From NCBI RefSeq assembly GCF_018350175.1, contig NC_058368.1:41728001-41792000 (forward strand): a stretch of DNA of 64,000 nt, in the 5' to 3' direction. A program made the position numbers and the translations under genes. Under the pieces are notes generated by a model. It saw only the letters and a list, made by a program, of their open reading frames with translations, did not search any database and was not told the origin of the DNA. This document shows positions 63,600 through 64,000 of this stretch, in pieces (the first letter of the stretch is position 1; the number at the start of each line of letters is the position of its first letter). The stretch comes from Felis catus (Eukaryota).

Positions 63600-63692
63600 T
63601 GAGGAAGAGGAGGAAGAGGAGGAGGGAGAGGGGAAGGGGCAAAGGAGGAGAATAAAAAGGGAGGGGGAAGAAAAGGAAAAGGAGGAGAGGAA
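63600..63692. repeat. GA-rich low-complexity tract
   Basis: Direct reading. Confidence 0.85.
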
Positions 63693-63974
63693 AATCTGCT
63701 TGGAGAAATGGAACACAGGGAGTTTAAAATCAAATTCGTGCATTATGTTTGTGCATGGATATATAAAGCTGATGAAGGCAATTAGCCTTCCAGAGTTATG
63801 TCTTTAAAAGGAGAAACTACTCTTGGCTGTTTCATAAGGGGTTCAGAATAGTTGGGAAAATGGCCTCTGCCCTAAAAACAAAGAATGAGCAAAACACAAA
63901 GATTAGATTGTTGTTTCCAAGGTAGAGAAAAAGATCAGTCAAAAAGGGTTACACTTAGAATATATATGGACCCA

Positions 63975-64000
63975 GGGGGTGCTTGACTGGCTCAGTTGGT
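63975..64000 (+). mobile_element. Can-SINE 5' end (cut by the window edge)
   Basis: gggggtgcttgactggctcagttggt. Confidence 0.8.

Noticed and set aside
63414..63807. Glu-rich / Ser-rich ORFs
   Set aside because: Products of a GA-rich low-complexity tract
1..64000. Recurring ORFs with motifs like GAWVAQSVK / AQSLEPASDSVSPSLS / ERETEHERGRGRE that look like a repeated protein family
   Set aside because: They are translations of Can-SINE copies in different frames, not genes
1..64000. CRISPR array, operon, defence island or other prokaryote-type system
   Set aside because: No regularly spaced repeat-spacer array and no dense long ORFs; repeat content is plainly carnivore genomic DNA

Overview
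AT-rich mammalian non-coding DNA, almost certainly from a felid (domestic cat or a close relative). It carries about 33 tRNA-derived Can-SINEs, including four young, CpG-intact copies of the SINEC_Fc type with long target-site duplications (TSDs). Older eutherian repeats are also present: MIR, L2, L1M and carnivore L1 3' ends, MLT1/MLT2/MER34/MER67-like solo LTRs, Tigger2a-, MER44- and MER5A-type DNA transposons, and many microsatellites. Subfamily names come from my recall of consensus sequences, not from a RepeatMasker run. I could not recognise any protein-coding exon, RNA gene, CpG island or promoter. The listed ORFs that I traced derive from repeats or look like chance ORFs. The window looks like the interior of a very large intron or an intergenic/lncRNA region. 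I found no evidence for a new multi-gene system. The best leads are: splice-site-bounded candidate exons and microexons (one next to a UG repeat, two recursive-splice-like AG|GT sites); a SINE-free block with an ETS-CArG/E-box enhancer signature; a near-abutting inverted SINE pair; a SINE with an apparent 3' transduction; and several small repair or deletion scars.
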